From Mytilus trossulus (taxonomy: Eukaryota): DNA of 64,000 bases. The stretch spans positions 41,788,001-41,852,000 of the forward strand of contig NC_086381.1 in assembly GCF_036588685.1 (NCBI RefSeq), in the 5' to 3' direction. Positions within the stretch are counted from its first letter, which is position 1. The number at the start of each line of letters is the position of its first letter. A program made the position numbers and the translations under genes. Shown one piece after another: positions 1 to 15,400 of the stretch. The notes below the pieces were generated by a model. That model was not told the DNA's origin, searched no databases, and saw nothing but the letters and a program-made list of their open reading frames with translations.

Positions 1-463
1 TGTCCCTTTGTCTGAAAGCAATTCATACAGGAGAAGCAGAAATAACTGTTTAGAAATTTTTAAGCCTTATTACGCCTTAAAATACATTTTTTGTTAAACG
101 TTACCGGAACAGAATTGTAAAAAAACTTCCAATTAAATTAGCATGGCCTCTTGTCCATCATATTTAATCATTTTGGTCAATGTGGTTTATCATACTGGTA
201 GTTTGTTGTATATTTTTTACTTCGGAATAGCATTATCATAAACAGCTACATGTCTCATATCTCAATATAGTTGAGATCATACCTTATCATTTCAGGTCAA
301 ACTGTTTGAAATTTAAAACATAATCATCTCATTTCAATATGCTGTAAAATTACTTAATTTGATTATATTTCTTGGTCATAATTGCTTATTTGTTGTAAAG
401 AGTCCACTCATACTACAAAGTATTTCAGTATCATTTCATAATTTCAAATAAAATTCAACCTAC

Positions 464-498
464 CTGTTTATGATGACTTTGCTGAAGACCCGGAGCGT
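464..498 (-). CDS. Micro-exon T (35 nt, 1-0): (D)APGLQQSHHKQ
   Basis: tttttgttag| acceptor and CAG|gtaggt donor; GC-richer island in the correct phase. Confidence 0.65.
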
Positions 499-3400
499 CT
501 AACAAAAATAAATAAATCTAATGTATGTATCAATTTTGTCTGAATTAATAATGTAAAGCATTACTGTAAACTATTGTGACATTATGGTATTCAAATCCTT
601 AAATGTAATACTATAAGAGCAGCTTTTCTATTCACATTAGCAATCTATTTTATTCTCGTTAATTTGAATATTTGAAGAAATGAGATTCTGAATGTGAAAT
701 ATACCAGAGCAGTTATTGCCATTCCTCACTACAATCCCTGTAAGATGTTTGTTGATGTCCAGAACTCTGACGCCATCAGAGCTAACATTGACACTCCCTG
801 CAGTAGTTCTTGCTTCTATAGTCACATAATACATCTACAATTCATTCATCAATATAAAATTAAACACATTTACTATTGTGTACATTTAGCATCAAATCTT
901 TCAATAATAGAATAATTGAATGATCAATAGAAAAATTCATTTGAAACCATTTCTACAAAAATTAAACAAGGACTACTCAAAACTATATAGGTCGTCGAGT
1001 ACAGCCGCTGAGAGATTTGCGACACGGAAGATAGAAGAGATAGATGTTTAAAAGAATAAAAGGTTTGATACCAAAAAACTAGTCAGAAAAGTTAATATCC
1101 TCAGGAAATTGATGAAAATCTAACTGCTCTGGTTTTATTATATACAATATATATGACGTCGAAGACTTTCGCCAAAAATTTACGAAATAAAATATCTTTA
1201 ACACACATTTATAGTGTTTTTTAAACATATAAAAAAATATGATGATTACTGCGGATTCATAATTTTTCGTTGGACACCAATTTTTAAGGATTTCATTGAT
1301 TAAGGTGAACAACGAATTGAAATATACAACGAATGACAAATTTTCTATTTTCGTTGCGTGAAGAGATTTTTTACACCATGAAATCAAATAGTTAAGAAAA
1401 TTTAGTTTATCTTTATCCACAAAAATTAATATCAATATAAATACAATGAATCCACAGTTTGTTATTTGAATCAAATATGAACAGAGTTTTTTCCCCAAAG
1501 GAATGCAGTCTTTTCTCATTTGTCAAATCATATATCAATGAGAGAAACACTAGTAAGATAAGTAAAACATATAACGATACCTAAATTTTAATTCTGGTCA
1601 TATACTCATAGAAAGGAAAGAAATGTACTATATTGAACAATATTTATTAGGCAGGCTTATTGTCTAAGCATTTGAAGAAAGAAAAAAAAACGTTCTTTCA
1701 CCAAGATCGTAAGGTTTTAATATATACAATATTTAAAAACAAAATCATTATTGAGGGACCGGTAGTATTTCTGTCAGTATTTAAATGTGACATTCGATTC
1801 ATCACTTTCTCATACATAATTTCTAATTATACATTGTAGCTTTGAAAAGAGTGACACTTATTACCTGAAAAGGATGTAGAGTTAAACCATTAAATATTTG
1901 GACATCAATTGTAGCTAACTTAGCCATTGATGATACATCACATATTTTGGGAACTGTCCCGATGCAAGCACTGAAATTAACAATTTGATGTGGATGTTCA
2001 AAGCCGGACCATGTTACTGCTAATGTTGATCTTTCTAAGGTAAAATCTATATCTTCGTTATCCTTAAAAGAAAAGGGAGAACATTTTGATTATTTACTTC
2101 ATAACTTCCAGAAAGGATTTAAAAGAAAACAAATTAAGATATGTAGACTTAGATCTAATGAAATCGAAATCAGCAAGCCACATTGAAGTTATAATAAGTT
2201 AATTAAATATAACGTTCATAATGTTAAAAAAAATGTCTACTGTGAAATGAAAAATAAACTTTGAAATCTTTAAAACGACAACAACATGAGTGTAAACATT
2301 GCACTAATTTATATACATTATAAAAAAAGAAGATGTAATATGATTGCCAATGAGACAACTATCCACAAAACACCAAAATGACACAGACATTAACAACTAT
2401 AGGTCACCGTACGGCCTTCAACAATGAACAAAGCCCATACCGCATAGTCAGCTATAAAAAAGCCCCGATAAGACAATGTAAAACAATTCAAACGAGAAAA
2501 CTAAACATTGTTTATTAATACACATATAGGATTTACACAAACATAAACTGATTTTGTAAACCTCAATGTTAAAGTCAAATGATGAACTATGTGTACGCTC
2601 CTTGCTTTTGTTTTTTTTACCACCCCCGATGTTGGTATTACCTTTAGCTGTGTTCCAGTGTTATATGTAGGAAATACATCTACAACAACTCCTTCTGCAG
2701 GCAGCTGAACATCATGGATGTATCTCGCCGATGTCTTCGAAACTGACAGACCAGCTAAGTTTGTAGCTTTGATGGTAAAGTAGTAGGCATGGTGACCATG
2801 AAGAGTCCATTTTATGTTTATGATAGGTAACGCTGTGCAAGTTGGATGTTTAGTTTGATAACAAGGTCCAGCGAACTGTAAGTTTCTAAATGGCTGTATG
2901 TCGTACATGTCTGGTTTGTGACCTAATTAATCAAATTATACAGTTAAATATTCATTTAATATAATTTTCACAACTCTCAAACACTTAATGATGAAGCATA
3001 ACACATAAATCTTGATGCATATATATGTACCAAACACATGAACTATCACCAAAAAATATGATTGACATCACATCTATATTGCATAAACAATATATTATAT
3101 ATATACGCACCACGACATCAATCAAAGTTAATAAAAAATGTTAATGTTTACCTCACTAGTAGCACGATTTCAGTCTGAAACGGTCATTTTGGTCTGATCA
3201 CATCTTGATTGACTGGATTTACCGCTAGAGGAAATCGTCGAGACTTTTTAGACCGTTTAAGACTCCGTTACGATCGATAGTCACATCAGGTAAATCAGTC
3301 CGTTAAGGCATGTCAAGATTATCAAGACTGAATCTCCTAGCGAGCTGTTAAGATCCGTTACGACAGTGTCAGACCGAAACAGACCATGGATACAAAATTA

Positions 3401-6400
3401 CGTTAAGATGTTGTCAGACCGTGTTTAGTCGTGTTCAGATTTTATTAATTTGGACAGAAAACGGGTAAAACTTTCCCAGTGTTTATCAGGGGTTGCTCCC
3501 CTTTTAAGAATAAAATTAAAAAGAAGACGGTTTATGTTAACTGAAAGTCTGCCATGTTTTAATTAAATAAAGAAAATAATCAATTCTAATTCATACCTCT
3601 TCCTATTTAATTATTTAACATTTTGTATATTAAAAAAAACCATAAGTGGTTCAAAGTCATACTGCTGCGCAAACCGTGGTGAATTGAGTTTAAAATCGAT
3701 TATTAGTGTACGTCCAGTTGCGTACATATAACATGTATGTCGGAACAATTGTGATGATGACGAATTTCTTCCTTTATTCGAGAACAATCTAATTGATATA
3801 TAAATGTCCATAAATGAGCCAAAGAAAGTTTTATATCGACCTGTATTTAAATCTCTTCTTCTTCTTTTGGTATACAATAGTCTTTCGACATTTGATGATT
3901 ACATACTGTTGGCATACGTGGACTAGTCTACTACATGTAACAAAACTTTTACCCCAATTCACACAAAATGTATGTTTCTTTCTTATGTACAATGTATACA
4001 TGTATATATTTGAATTTGCGCTATAGTTCCGTAACTTTTTATCCTGGCGTATATACGAATGGTCGACAAGTGCGTACATTTTTTTTAATCAAAATTTCTG
4101 GTATAGTCTGATCTGTCCTTCACCATTGACAAAAAATATATATATAGATTTTTATTTCATCAAATCTGTTGTTTATTTTTAGGTATTATCTATATTTTTT
4201 ACATCAGAAATGTTATTCATAAACAAGCGTATGAGTTTAGTAATGACTAGTATATAACAGAGAGCAGAATAAAAAAGGAAAAAACCAATTTTCCTCTTTT
4301 TTCACTCTAATTTCTGACAAGTGCAATTAGAGGCCAACATAGGACAAGAACGTAATAAATTTATTCTATAACCCTTGTATTTGAGAAAAAATCATGAAAA
4401 ACAAAGACAATTCTGTAAAATTAGTATTTATTTGATGCATTTCAAAATAAATTTATACTGAATTCTACACTTTACTGTCCATTTTCATTCAACTCTCCGT
4501 GAATGATGCAACTTAGAATAAATTTATTCTAAATGCATGATGCTTTCTGTATATAATCATTTATAAAATAAATTTATTATAAAGAGCCTTGATATCTATT
4601 ATCAGTTCAAGAAAATCATAGAATAAATTTATTCTACATTTAATGTCATTTATGATTTTATAACAATATTTAAAATAAATTTATTTTGAAAGTCCAGTAA
4701 TCTGTATGGTGAGGTTGAGACACAGAATGAATTTATTCTATGTTCAATATTATTTTTGTCTTGTATAATAATATATAAAATAAATTTATTCTGAAAGTAC
4801 AGTTATCATATTAAGGTGGCGACACAGAATAAATTTATTCTACATTCAATGTGGATTAAAAGTTTTATGATAAATAAAATAAATTTATTTTGATAGTCCA
4901 GTAATAATGTTAAGGTTGAGACACAGAATAAATTTATTCTGGTTATAAAAATATGTAAAATTTGTTTAGGAAAAATTACACTGATCTGTATGATTACATC
5001 AGGCTACAGAGAATAATTTTATTTTAAATTAAACCAGCGGCGTTTTTGATAATATTTGATATGTTCACATAATAAATTTACCATGGCACTACATTTAGGT
5101 CATAGAAAAATGAGTTCCTATATAATTTTCTATCTTTCATGTCTATTCAAAGACATATAACATTCATAAAAAAGTATTTTATATTATTTGAAGTTGCAAT
5201 CTGACAATACAATACAATACATATATCTGCTATCAACAATGCAAAAGGACACTCCCTTGAAATATGAAAATATCAATTTCTTCAGCTGATTTTTTTTATG
5301 TGGGACTGAATAGAAATACTGTGCAGCAATTTTAAAAAACAAAATATCAACATATAAATGTAAATAAACAGATTAGAAATAGTAATAGTTCAACAGGTTT
5401 TTCTTAAATTGAAAATAAATCTGTTTTTTTTAAACATGTCTCTCTCTGTAGATGTACTAGCTGCGGAATCGTAGCTCTTTAGGTCCTTTTGTAATTTTTT
5501 GACTATTTACGGTCCGCAAATAGTCAAAAAATTACAAAAGGACCTAAAGAGCTACGATTCCGCAGCTATAGATGTACGTGCTATGAATTGTCCTTTTTCT
5601 GGCTTCTGGATAGGCCTGATCTGAAAGAAGTAACGACAAATTCAAAACAATTTCAAATATTTTTAGTTATCATACCAAAATTCATTATATTTGATGAAGA
5701 AACTGCCCGTCTTTCTTTTAATCTAAATCATGATGTCTATTTTGTTTACATTCACTCTCTTTATTGTCATTTATAACAGTCTTGCTCCGTGTTAAAATCC
5801 GTACTTTGACCTACAATGATTTACTTTTATTTATTGTGACTTTGATGGAGAGTTGTCTCATTGGCACCCATACCACATCTTTATATATATATATATTGCC
5901 TCTGGATACAGCAAGATAAAAATGGCTATGCTATGCACTTGAACAGTAATTGTTGATTTTTTATACAAAAAAGGGATTAACGTACACAGTAACTCATTAA
6001 ACTTTTACTATTTAAAAGTCAACACTCTATCAAATTAAAATCTCATTATTACATACCTAATCTCAATCTTCAGAAACACTGTATAAGTCAGGACTGAATA
6101 AAAATCTAGTCTTTTTTGCTGGTGTTTCATAACATTTTTCTCACCCTACAAGAAATATTTTGAAGTTTAAAATGCAGAAACACTTACTCTATTATCATGG
6201 TTATTGTTTTTCTTCAGGCATATTTCTTTATTTTTATCAGAATTGGCATGAATCGTTCCCAACTTCCTGAATATGCATGTAATATTTGTCATTAGACATT
6301 CAGCCAGTCATGACCAATCAATCAATCAATCAATCAACCGTAGAGTCTTAAAACAGATGAATGGTTCATGCCTAGGAGACAGCGAACTGAAGACACAAAT

Positions 6401-9400
6401 AACAATTAAAAACAGGTTTCATTAAGTCTTAAACAAAACACAAGACTGGTGTTGACCATACTTTTACCTACACCATTCAACATACCAGAAAACAAGTAAG
6501 ACATGTTCCAAAAAAGAACAGCAGCTTCCACAGGCAAAAGTATGAGTAATGTACTTATTGTTTTCATGAACTTTAGCAGACTGTCTGATTGACCGTTAAC
6601 TTTAATGTATGATGCAGCTGTGTTTTAACTGTAATCATTTCTAATTAGAACCGCACAATTAATTTATGTTTCTGTTTGTTTATATTCTGTTCCGATACTT
6701 GTGATCTGGAGATGAATGCAATGGATTTGACGCGACTGTCATACAAGTGTGAGGTTTAGCTAGCTATATAACCAGGTGTAATGAACGCAATACTAAACTC
6801 CAAATTGTACCTAAGAAACTAAAATTAAAAATAATACAAGACTAACAAAGGCCAGAGGCTCCTGACTTGGGACAGGCGCAAAAATGCGACGGGATTAAAC
6901 ATGTTTGTGAGATCTCAACCCTCCCCTATACCTCTAGCCAATGTAGAAAAGTATACGGATAACGATAGGCATTTAAAATACTACTATAGCAGTTAACTGA
7001 CAAACAAGAGGCCCCAGACTTCAATTAAACTGATTGAAAGATTATGTCTCCCTCTCGTTAGGGATTTAGTATCATTAGTATAATTCTTTTATGCTGTAGC
7101 TGCAATTCCGTTCCCTTTTCACGCCGATGTGACCCACCGAATATTACCGGGTTTGTAATAACATGACCAATACGACGGGAAACACGTGGAGTTCTTTTCG
7201 TTAGGGGTTTAATATATTGATTGAATATAATTATCAGTTTTCACGACAAAAATCTTAGATTCTCTCTTGCATTCCGGCTTTCTCCACCTTTACAGTTTGA
7301 TCACCACGAAATGAACAATATAGTGCTGAAAGTTACGTTAACATCTATATTTCGGTTTTATCACCCAGACTCAAGGTATAGGGTTTGAAGATCTGTTGGA
7401 AAAAAGCAACCGTTCCTAATCACAATGTTCATAATCAAAATAATGTTTTACTTTGAATACATGGAAGGCAAGGCCTCACAAGTACGAGGGTCAGGATGTG
7501 GTCAAATTTACACCATTTTTCTCTTACTATTCTTTCTATTTTTTCATCATTCTCTTTTCTGTAAACCCCCATCCACAGCCTCAGGTATAGACGAAGTGTC
7601 ATTTATGTGGCCTGGTCTAGTAATGTCAGCAGTGTGATCTGCACATATATCATTTTGTAGAAAAAGATGAAGGGGTGGCGTTAAACATTGTTTTGATGTA
7701 AGATATGATACATCTTTTCTATAAAATCGATTGATTGACAGATTGTTGGTTGCTGAACGTGCAGTGTCAAATAGTTTATGCATGCATGCACGGAACGAAA
7801 AGCTATTTTAAAACATTACATACCATGGGGAATACCTGTAATAAAGGGTAGACCAGGATGAAGTTCGGTAAGCTTTTTATACGGGTTTTACATTTTTCTA
7901 CTTGGCGGATGAAGACAATTCTATTCCCAAGTCACGTTTAAGTGTCCATGAAATCAGCAGCACCCATACATATATATATATACCTACTTTCCAATCTATT
8001 AAAACAAATAAAAGACCTTAAGGATAAGACAAAATGGTACACATTCTCAAATGCCTATTTATCGGTAATAATACTTGAGGGTCTTGTTGGATAGTCACGC
8101 GACTGGGAAACGCAGAATAAAGAACAAAACATATAGCATATACAACAAAATATAAAGAATAGAAATTAAAAAGATGATCAAATAGAGAATAAGGAGCAAA
8201 ATTATAAAAATAGAAAAAAAATGTTTTAAAAATTAAAAGAATACAGAATCGATGGACCATCCATCCAGACCATTATAATTTTGTAGTTGTCCATTTTTGT
8301 TTAACATATTATTTTATTTGAATGATATAAAATGACCATACATTAATAACCTCTATGAAATGACACAGATTCAAATAATTTACAACCTTCGATTTGTTTA
8401 ATTCATGTTAGCAAACAAGTGCCGCATATCTATCAGAAGTTTTAAAATAATTATTACTTATTACAACAAACGCGGCTTAAAAGCCTTATCAATTTTATGT
8501 AATGCACGCGTACGTTGATTGTAGGCCCCCTAGTGTTACCACACGCCGAGAAGTCTTCAAATGGAAACACAAGATAATTAATGACAAGACGTAGGACACT
8601 TAAACTGGACCCCTGCTGTGTTCACTTATCGCTACACTGACGGTGCGAAGCTATAGAAGGAACGACGAACCAGTTTACAGGACAATGATCTGTAATTTTG
8701 TATAATATGATCACTTGGTATTTCTCTCTATGTACGTGAAAGATGAAAGACAAGTGGACATCAAAAGGAGGAAAGACAAATTGAACATAGACGGGATAGG
8801 TTTCCAGTTTCGTTTATGAAACATTCATCACAGTTCAAGAAATTAGAGGTTAGTTTTGCTCAGTATACTAGAGGTGGGGTTAGGGGTGGGGGTCAAGGAT
8901 ACTGGGATCTCCTCATGGATTCCCGACATATATGCTCAATGCATACTAGACATTTTACAAGTCTCTGCTTATGCCCCTTTTCAAATCCTCGATCGATCCG
9001 CATCTGCGAATCAATTTGCATAATTCTTTACGATAGCACTGAATAAGAATAATATCGATCACTCCAAAATAAACGAGAACAATTTGGAATATAACATTTA
9101 TGGAACAAATTGACTATACTACTCTGATAATTTGTTATATCACTAAGATAAATTTATATACTACAAGTGTGGACACAGATCAGTGTGGATTGTATGTTTG
9201 GATGTTTGACAGTGTTTTGTATGACAAAAGAAGTTGTGTTTTCCCCGTTGGTTTCTATATTATTAAATATGTTGTATAATATGACAACCAACCTGATCAT
9301 TAGCAGAGTTGTTTTTTATTTGATATTTAGTTTTTTTATGTTCAAGACGGGCATAAAAGAGCTCGAGACACTAATTGCATCAGTTACCAAATGATTATGT

Positions 9401-12400
9401 CAGATAGAGTATGTTCCACATTCTTGATTTTGGATACATTATGAATTTAAGCTAGTAAAAGAGGAACACATACCAAGTTAATTTTTTCATGCGATTTTTT
9501 TTTATTGGAGATGGTATCTGAAAACATGCGAACATAAGTTTGAACGTTAAATTATTAGATAAATATTATTTATTATCTTAAGTTTAATTATTATGATATT
9601 AATAATGTTTCTAATTGGTAATCTCATTATTATTTCCTACTGGTGGAAAATGGAATAATCTTTAAAAATTAAAAAAAATAATAAGTTCACTTTCTTTACG
9701 TTTAGTCTTAGAACAGCTGTTAGGACGCACTAGCTATAAAATTGTTGCATAGAAAGAACATGTACCTATTTTTTTTTTTAGCAAAAAGTGAAAGATACCC
9801 AGGGGCGGGACCAGTCTTTTTTAAAAGAGGGTTCTAAACATTTGTTCCAATTTTAAACCACTGATTGTCAAAAAAAGGGTGTTCAAAGCACGGAGCCCTA
9901 ACTGGATCCACCAAAGGATATTTATACCCATAAGTCTATGAACTGAAAAGTAACACACCATTGCGAAAAACAATAAAAAAAAAAACGAGCAAGAGATTAT
10001 TTTATGTAAAAAAACTAGTTTTGAACATTTTCATAAGTACCTTAAGAACTGTACTCACACTCTTATGCAATCTGTTTGGCACACATAATAATTGACAAAA
10101 AGTCTCCGTCTTCATGGATAACATGACCATTTCAGTCAAAATGTAATACTGTGTTCTTTATAGGTCACCAGACACTTCTATCAAAAGGAATTTTGAAAGA
10201 AACACAAAAGTTTAGAAGGCAGACAAAATGGCAGAAGTTACTACAACCACAGAGAACATTTGGGACAGATACATTTTGAGGAAAATCTTTAGAGGTAATT
10301 TAAAAGATTAAACTTTTAACTGGCTTGAAAGAAATATCTCGGAATGCTGAAATTAAGAATCATAATTGTTTTTGAAAAGTGTTCTTTCTTATCTCATTGC
10401 AAAAGGTTTTGAAAGTGCTATTTTAAATATAATTCATATTTTGACAATTGAAGTTCGGTCGGAATGATTATAAGTGAATTAAAAGTCATTATTTTAAGAA
10501 TGCGTGCAAAGAATCGGTTACTCTATGAAAAGGAATATATTATGAATTTTAGAGCGAGGGCCTGATATGTGATGTGCGGTTGTACAATCATTTGCACATC
10601 TTATTTATACGACGATGAGATCTGGCTGCTCCTTCAGTCCTTGTACATCTCTCTGGCACATTTGCTTACTTTACAAGTTACAGTTCGTTTTTGATAAGGT
10701 TAGTGTAAGATGTTGCAAGACTTTTACCATCTTGAGTTATGCCCATTTATAAACATAAAAATAGCTGGATGTTTCGTTTCTGTTCTCTAACTTTAGTTTG
10801 CCTCAAGCAAATGTAAAAAATCGTATATACAATGCATATTACCATAAAACACAGATCAAGATTTAAATTGAGTGGCCTAACTTCTACCGTTCTTGATATA
10901 CAATGTATGAGTTAAGGCCATTTATAAACATAAAAAATGCTGAATTTTTCGTTTCCGTCCATTAACTTTACATTAGTCTGCCTCAACCGAATGTTAAAAT
11001 CACAAAACAGTCTTAACTACTTGGATCCTGTACATGTATCTCAATGTGGAAGTTGACACGTGCATATTTACGAGCAGGATCATTTGTAGCCCATAGACAC
11101 ATTTTCCATTTTGTTTTGTATGAACTGCATTTTTTTATTTGATCTTTCAGATAGCTTTGGTTGAACGGAATAATGGAAACATGTATTTGGGAATATTACA
11201 TTTACAAAGATGATTGTTCGAAAAGTTAAAAGAGTTTGAAGACGAATAATTCCAACTACAGATCTGTATGTCACTAAAAGATCAGATTACTTAACGATTA
11301 GTACCAGCTGCATTATAACGAAGCTTCAAGTTGTCTCTCGTGTGAAAAGAAAACGACCCCAAATTATTCTAATAGATGACCAGTGACAAAACATTGAACA
11401 AAAATGTTCAGGAATATATTATAAGCAAACAAAAACGACTTAGATGTATTTTTGAACTGTTTGTATGCCATCACATGATAACAAAAGAAGGTTTCCTGGT
11501 TAATGGACAATTACAAGGTTAAGTTTGGATTTCCATCGTACACTGTTTTTACAGTATGTATATAGAAATGTTGTGGTGATTAGCTGTCAATTTATTTTTT
11601 GAAGTTACTATTTTTAACATGCTGATTAAGGAATATTGATGTTAGCCGTGATTTTGTATGTCATTTTCTATTTTAAGACTTTTATATTGTTTTTAAATGG
11701 GTAGTGATGGTTGCAAATTCAATAGGTCATTTAAATTGAGATTATGACCATTATGATATCTTAAAGGATTTTATTTTTAAAAGAGGGGGTAGGTGAAAAG
11801 ATTATTTTTGAGGGGGGGGGGGGGGGGGGGGGTAATTTTCACTCATTACAGATTTCAGAAATTGAAAATGAAATTTCAAAAATCATTTTGCAAAAAAAAG
11901 AGGGGCAAGGGTATATTTTTTCTGGAGTGAGGGTTCAAATAGCAACAGCATAGTGTTCTGCACAAATGCATAAAAAAGAGGTATTTTTTTTTTGGGGGGG
12001 GGGGGGCAATTCGCAACAGCATAGTGTATTGCACAAAAGCCAAAACTTAAATATTATTCAAATGATATAACCGATTCTAAGTTCTTTGGCTACCGTTAAT
12101 CTGTGTCAGAAACCTATATTGCATTAAATAATTAATTACAATCCAAATTCAGACCTGTATCATGCACGAACATTGGGTCCATTTTTGTCCCAACTGCTTA
12201 GACGGCGTGCAAAAAGCTAAGTCTTCAAACGCCGTATAATGGAAATAATTAGATACAATGTCGTGGATCCTTTTCAGAAAACAGCGTCAAAACGCCATTT
12301 CTTTAGATTGTAACATAATACAAATTACGGTGTTCAGTCTGGACTATCGAATCATTCATATGTTGCAGATTTTATTAAACCCCTGGTTTTCCACATTTTG

Positions 12401-15400
12401 AATACCAAGTTATTTTGAAAATCAAAAGATAGCAATTACATATTTTTTCTTACCGATTCTTCCATTTTGATTATTAGTCCTTCCAAATTACTACTTCTTA
12501 CACATACCGAAGATCATTCCAAGCATATCTACTATGGTCGTTTTTGATTTTCTTGCGGTAAATTTCATATAATGTCAGTCTGAATCTGTACAATTCTATT
12601 ATACGAAAATGTGGGATACAATGTTAAATTTGTATAAGTTTTAGGTAAAAAACTCTATTTTATGCTAATTTAATGTTACAAGTTATTCCGATTTTTTGAC
12701 GTTTTCTATATGTCCGTTTCGTGCTTTATAGATTAAATATTAATTTACCTTACTAGTAATGTGGATTCTTATGGCATGCATTCATCATTTTATCATGAAA
12801 AAAAAATCTTCTTAAAAAAATATTAAAATTACATATAAATATTATATGCTTAAAGCTTTTAAAAAAGCGCATTTTACAGTTGCCGTCAACTTTGTGCACA
12901 ACGTCTTTAAAGGATTTGACCTCTACAGTCGTATCCAGTTTCGTTTGGCAAAGCAATTTATTGTATCAGTTTTCTGTAATAAATAAGACCGTTGGAATTT
13001 TCTTTTAAATTATTTTAATTTTGTATCATGTAATACTTTTAAGATTATTTTTATATTGAACAAAATTCATATTGATGTAGAATAAATTTATTCTGTGTCA
13101 CAGCCTCACCGTACAGATTACTTTATTTCAAAACAAATTGATTTTATATATTATTATACAAGACAAAAATCTCATTGAACATAGAATAAATTTATTCTGT
13201 GTTTCAACCTCACCATACAGATTACTTTCTTACTTTACTTTCAGAATAAATTTATTTTATATATTATTATACAAGACAAAAATAACATTCAACATAGAAT
13301 ACATTTATTCTGTGTCTCAACCTCACCATACAGATTACTTTATTACTTTTATTTCAAAATAAATTTATTTTATATATTATTATAATCATAAATGACATTA
13401 AATGTAGGATAAATTTATTCTGTATCACAGCCTCACCATACAGATTACTGCATGGACTTTCAAAATAAATTTATTTTAAATATTATTATAATCATAAATG
13501 ACATTAAATGTAGAATAAATTTATTTTATGATGTTCTCGAACTGATAATAGATATCAAGGCTCTTTATAATAAATTTATTTTATAATGATTATATACAGA
13601 AAGCATCATGCATTTAGAATAAATTTATTCTAAGTTGCATCATTTACTACAGTAAAGTGTAGAATTCAGTATAAATTTATTTTGAAATGTATCAAATAAA
13701 TACTAATTTTACAGAATTGTCATTGTTTTTCATGATTTTTTCTCAAATACAAGGGTTATAGAATAAATTTATTACGTTCTTGTCCTATTTTGGCCTCTAA
13801 TTGCATTTGTCAGAAATTAGAGTGAAAAAAGAGGAAAATTGTTTTTTTCCCTTTTTATTCTGCTCTCTGTTATATATAATATCACTTTCGGACACACAAG
13901 ATAGAGATGCATATTATACGAATGTAGGAAAAAAAGTCACAGGAAAAAAGTCACGGAAAAAAAGTCACGGAAAAAAAAGTCACAGGAAAAAAGGTCACAG
14001 GAAAAAAAGTCACAGGAAAAAAAGTCACAATATATATTTTTTGCATGAAATAGTCATAGGGTCTGCACATACATGTATTAACAGGAGAAACATTCCCAAT
14101 TTGTATTTTTTTTCTTATGGAAATGGTCATAAGGCCGCACATATATATGGATATATTAGCGAAACATTCCCAATAGATATTTGTTTGGAAATAGACATTT
14201 GTTAATTCATTTTATACGACTAGCTTTGGAAATTTAGATATAAATTGCAAATCATTTAAATGGAACATGTTCATGCTGGTGTACTAGATTGATACATGTT
14301 TTCAAGGATTTGTTGTAATTATTTTTGTTTTATATCTCTTAGAGATGTGAGTTTAACAGCAACAATTTCCCCTAATTTTAATAAAAGTTAGAAGTTCAGT
14401 ATATAACTTGACCACATGTTTTTTTGATTTATATAAAGATAAGTATTCTGTAATTTAGTGTTAAACAAACAACTCATTGCCATTAATAATAGCTTAGCAT
14501 TTTATACATATATATCTAGGGACTGTTGATATTGATGTGTGGCTTCTTGTGGCACCTCCCCCCTTTGTAGACCTTTTATTTCTTGTCTTCGTAGGAAGCC
14601 ATATCAATGAAATACAACTTATGCTCAATATTAAATAAAAGGACACAATCAGTTTTCCCTGTTAGTTAAAAAAGTCAATTTTGAAAAAAAGAAAATGATT
14701 TATTCAGATACACTTTTATTAGTATATATATCACGTATATAATTCCTTTATAGTTTTAAAAAATTAATCCGATACAAATATATTATGACTTTTTCAATGC
14801 ATTCGAAAACTACAGTTTAATTATTTATTGCATACATGTACATAGTGACTTTTTCACATGCATTCCAACATATTTCTGACAAATAAGTTTACTTAAACTT
14901 AATTGTGACTTTTTTTTCTTGTGCCTTTTTTTCCTGTGACTTTATTTCCGTTATACACCTAATAGTTCAAAATGGAAAGTTATAAGTTACAGGCCGTTTA
15001 CACTGACCAATACCCCTAAGACGTGAAACGATGCATGAATTTGCAAGCTCGACAGGAAATCGCCTGAATACCTGGACGTGTCACACCCCCTCCAATACCT
15101 TTGGGAGTAATACCTTTAGTCATGCAGGTGATCAGTGGAACGAAGATCCTAATTTATTTGAATAAAGTTTATTACATAAAAGAATTATGAACTAATTAGA
15201 TTTCCGAAAACAATTCAAGTTTCACGGAACAATTATTTATGATTTGAAATTTTTACTATTTAACTTATTCCAATATTATCATTATTGTTAAAAATAACAG
15301 ATCATGGTTATTAAAAAAAAAAGATAAGAAAATTTTCCGTATCAACATAGTGTGTAATATAAAAGTTAACTAGTCGGATAAAACAACCGTACGATTGACA

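Noticed and set aside
1-45. Possible next exon of the host gene (acag| acceptor at 46-47)
   Set aside because: It is open in phase 0 (LFLLLLYELLSDKGT) but truncated by the window edge and has no recognisable motif, so it cannot be supported.
1079-1519. 146-aa ORF
   Set aside because: Low-complexity AT-rich translation across a MITE, with no splice or frame link to the gene.
7425-7783. Short ORFs on both strands within the foldback cargo
   Set aside because: Frames are interrupted and no domain is recognisable.
11813-12006. Poly-G runs (G-quadruplex potential)
   Set aside because: They lie within a decayed interspersed-repeat fragment, with no evidence of function; homopolymer lengths are also unreliable.
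13801-14205. 134-aa ORF with KKSHRKK repeats
   Set aside because: It derives from 15-bp subterminal repeats and spans the junction of two elements.
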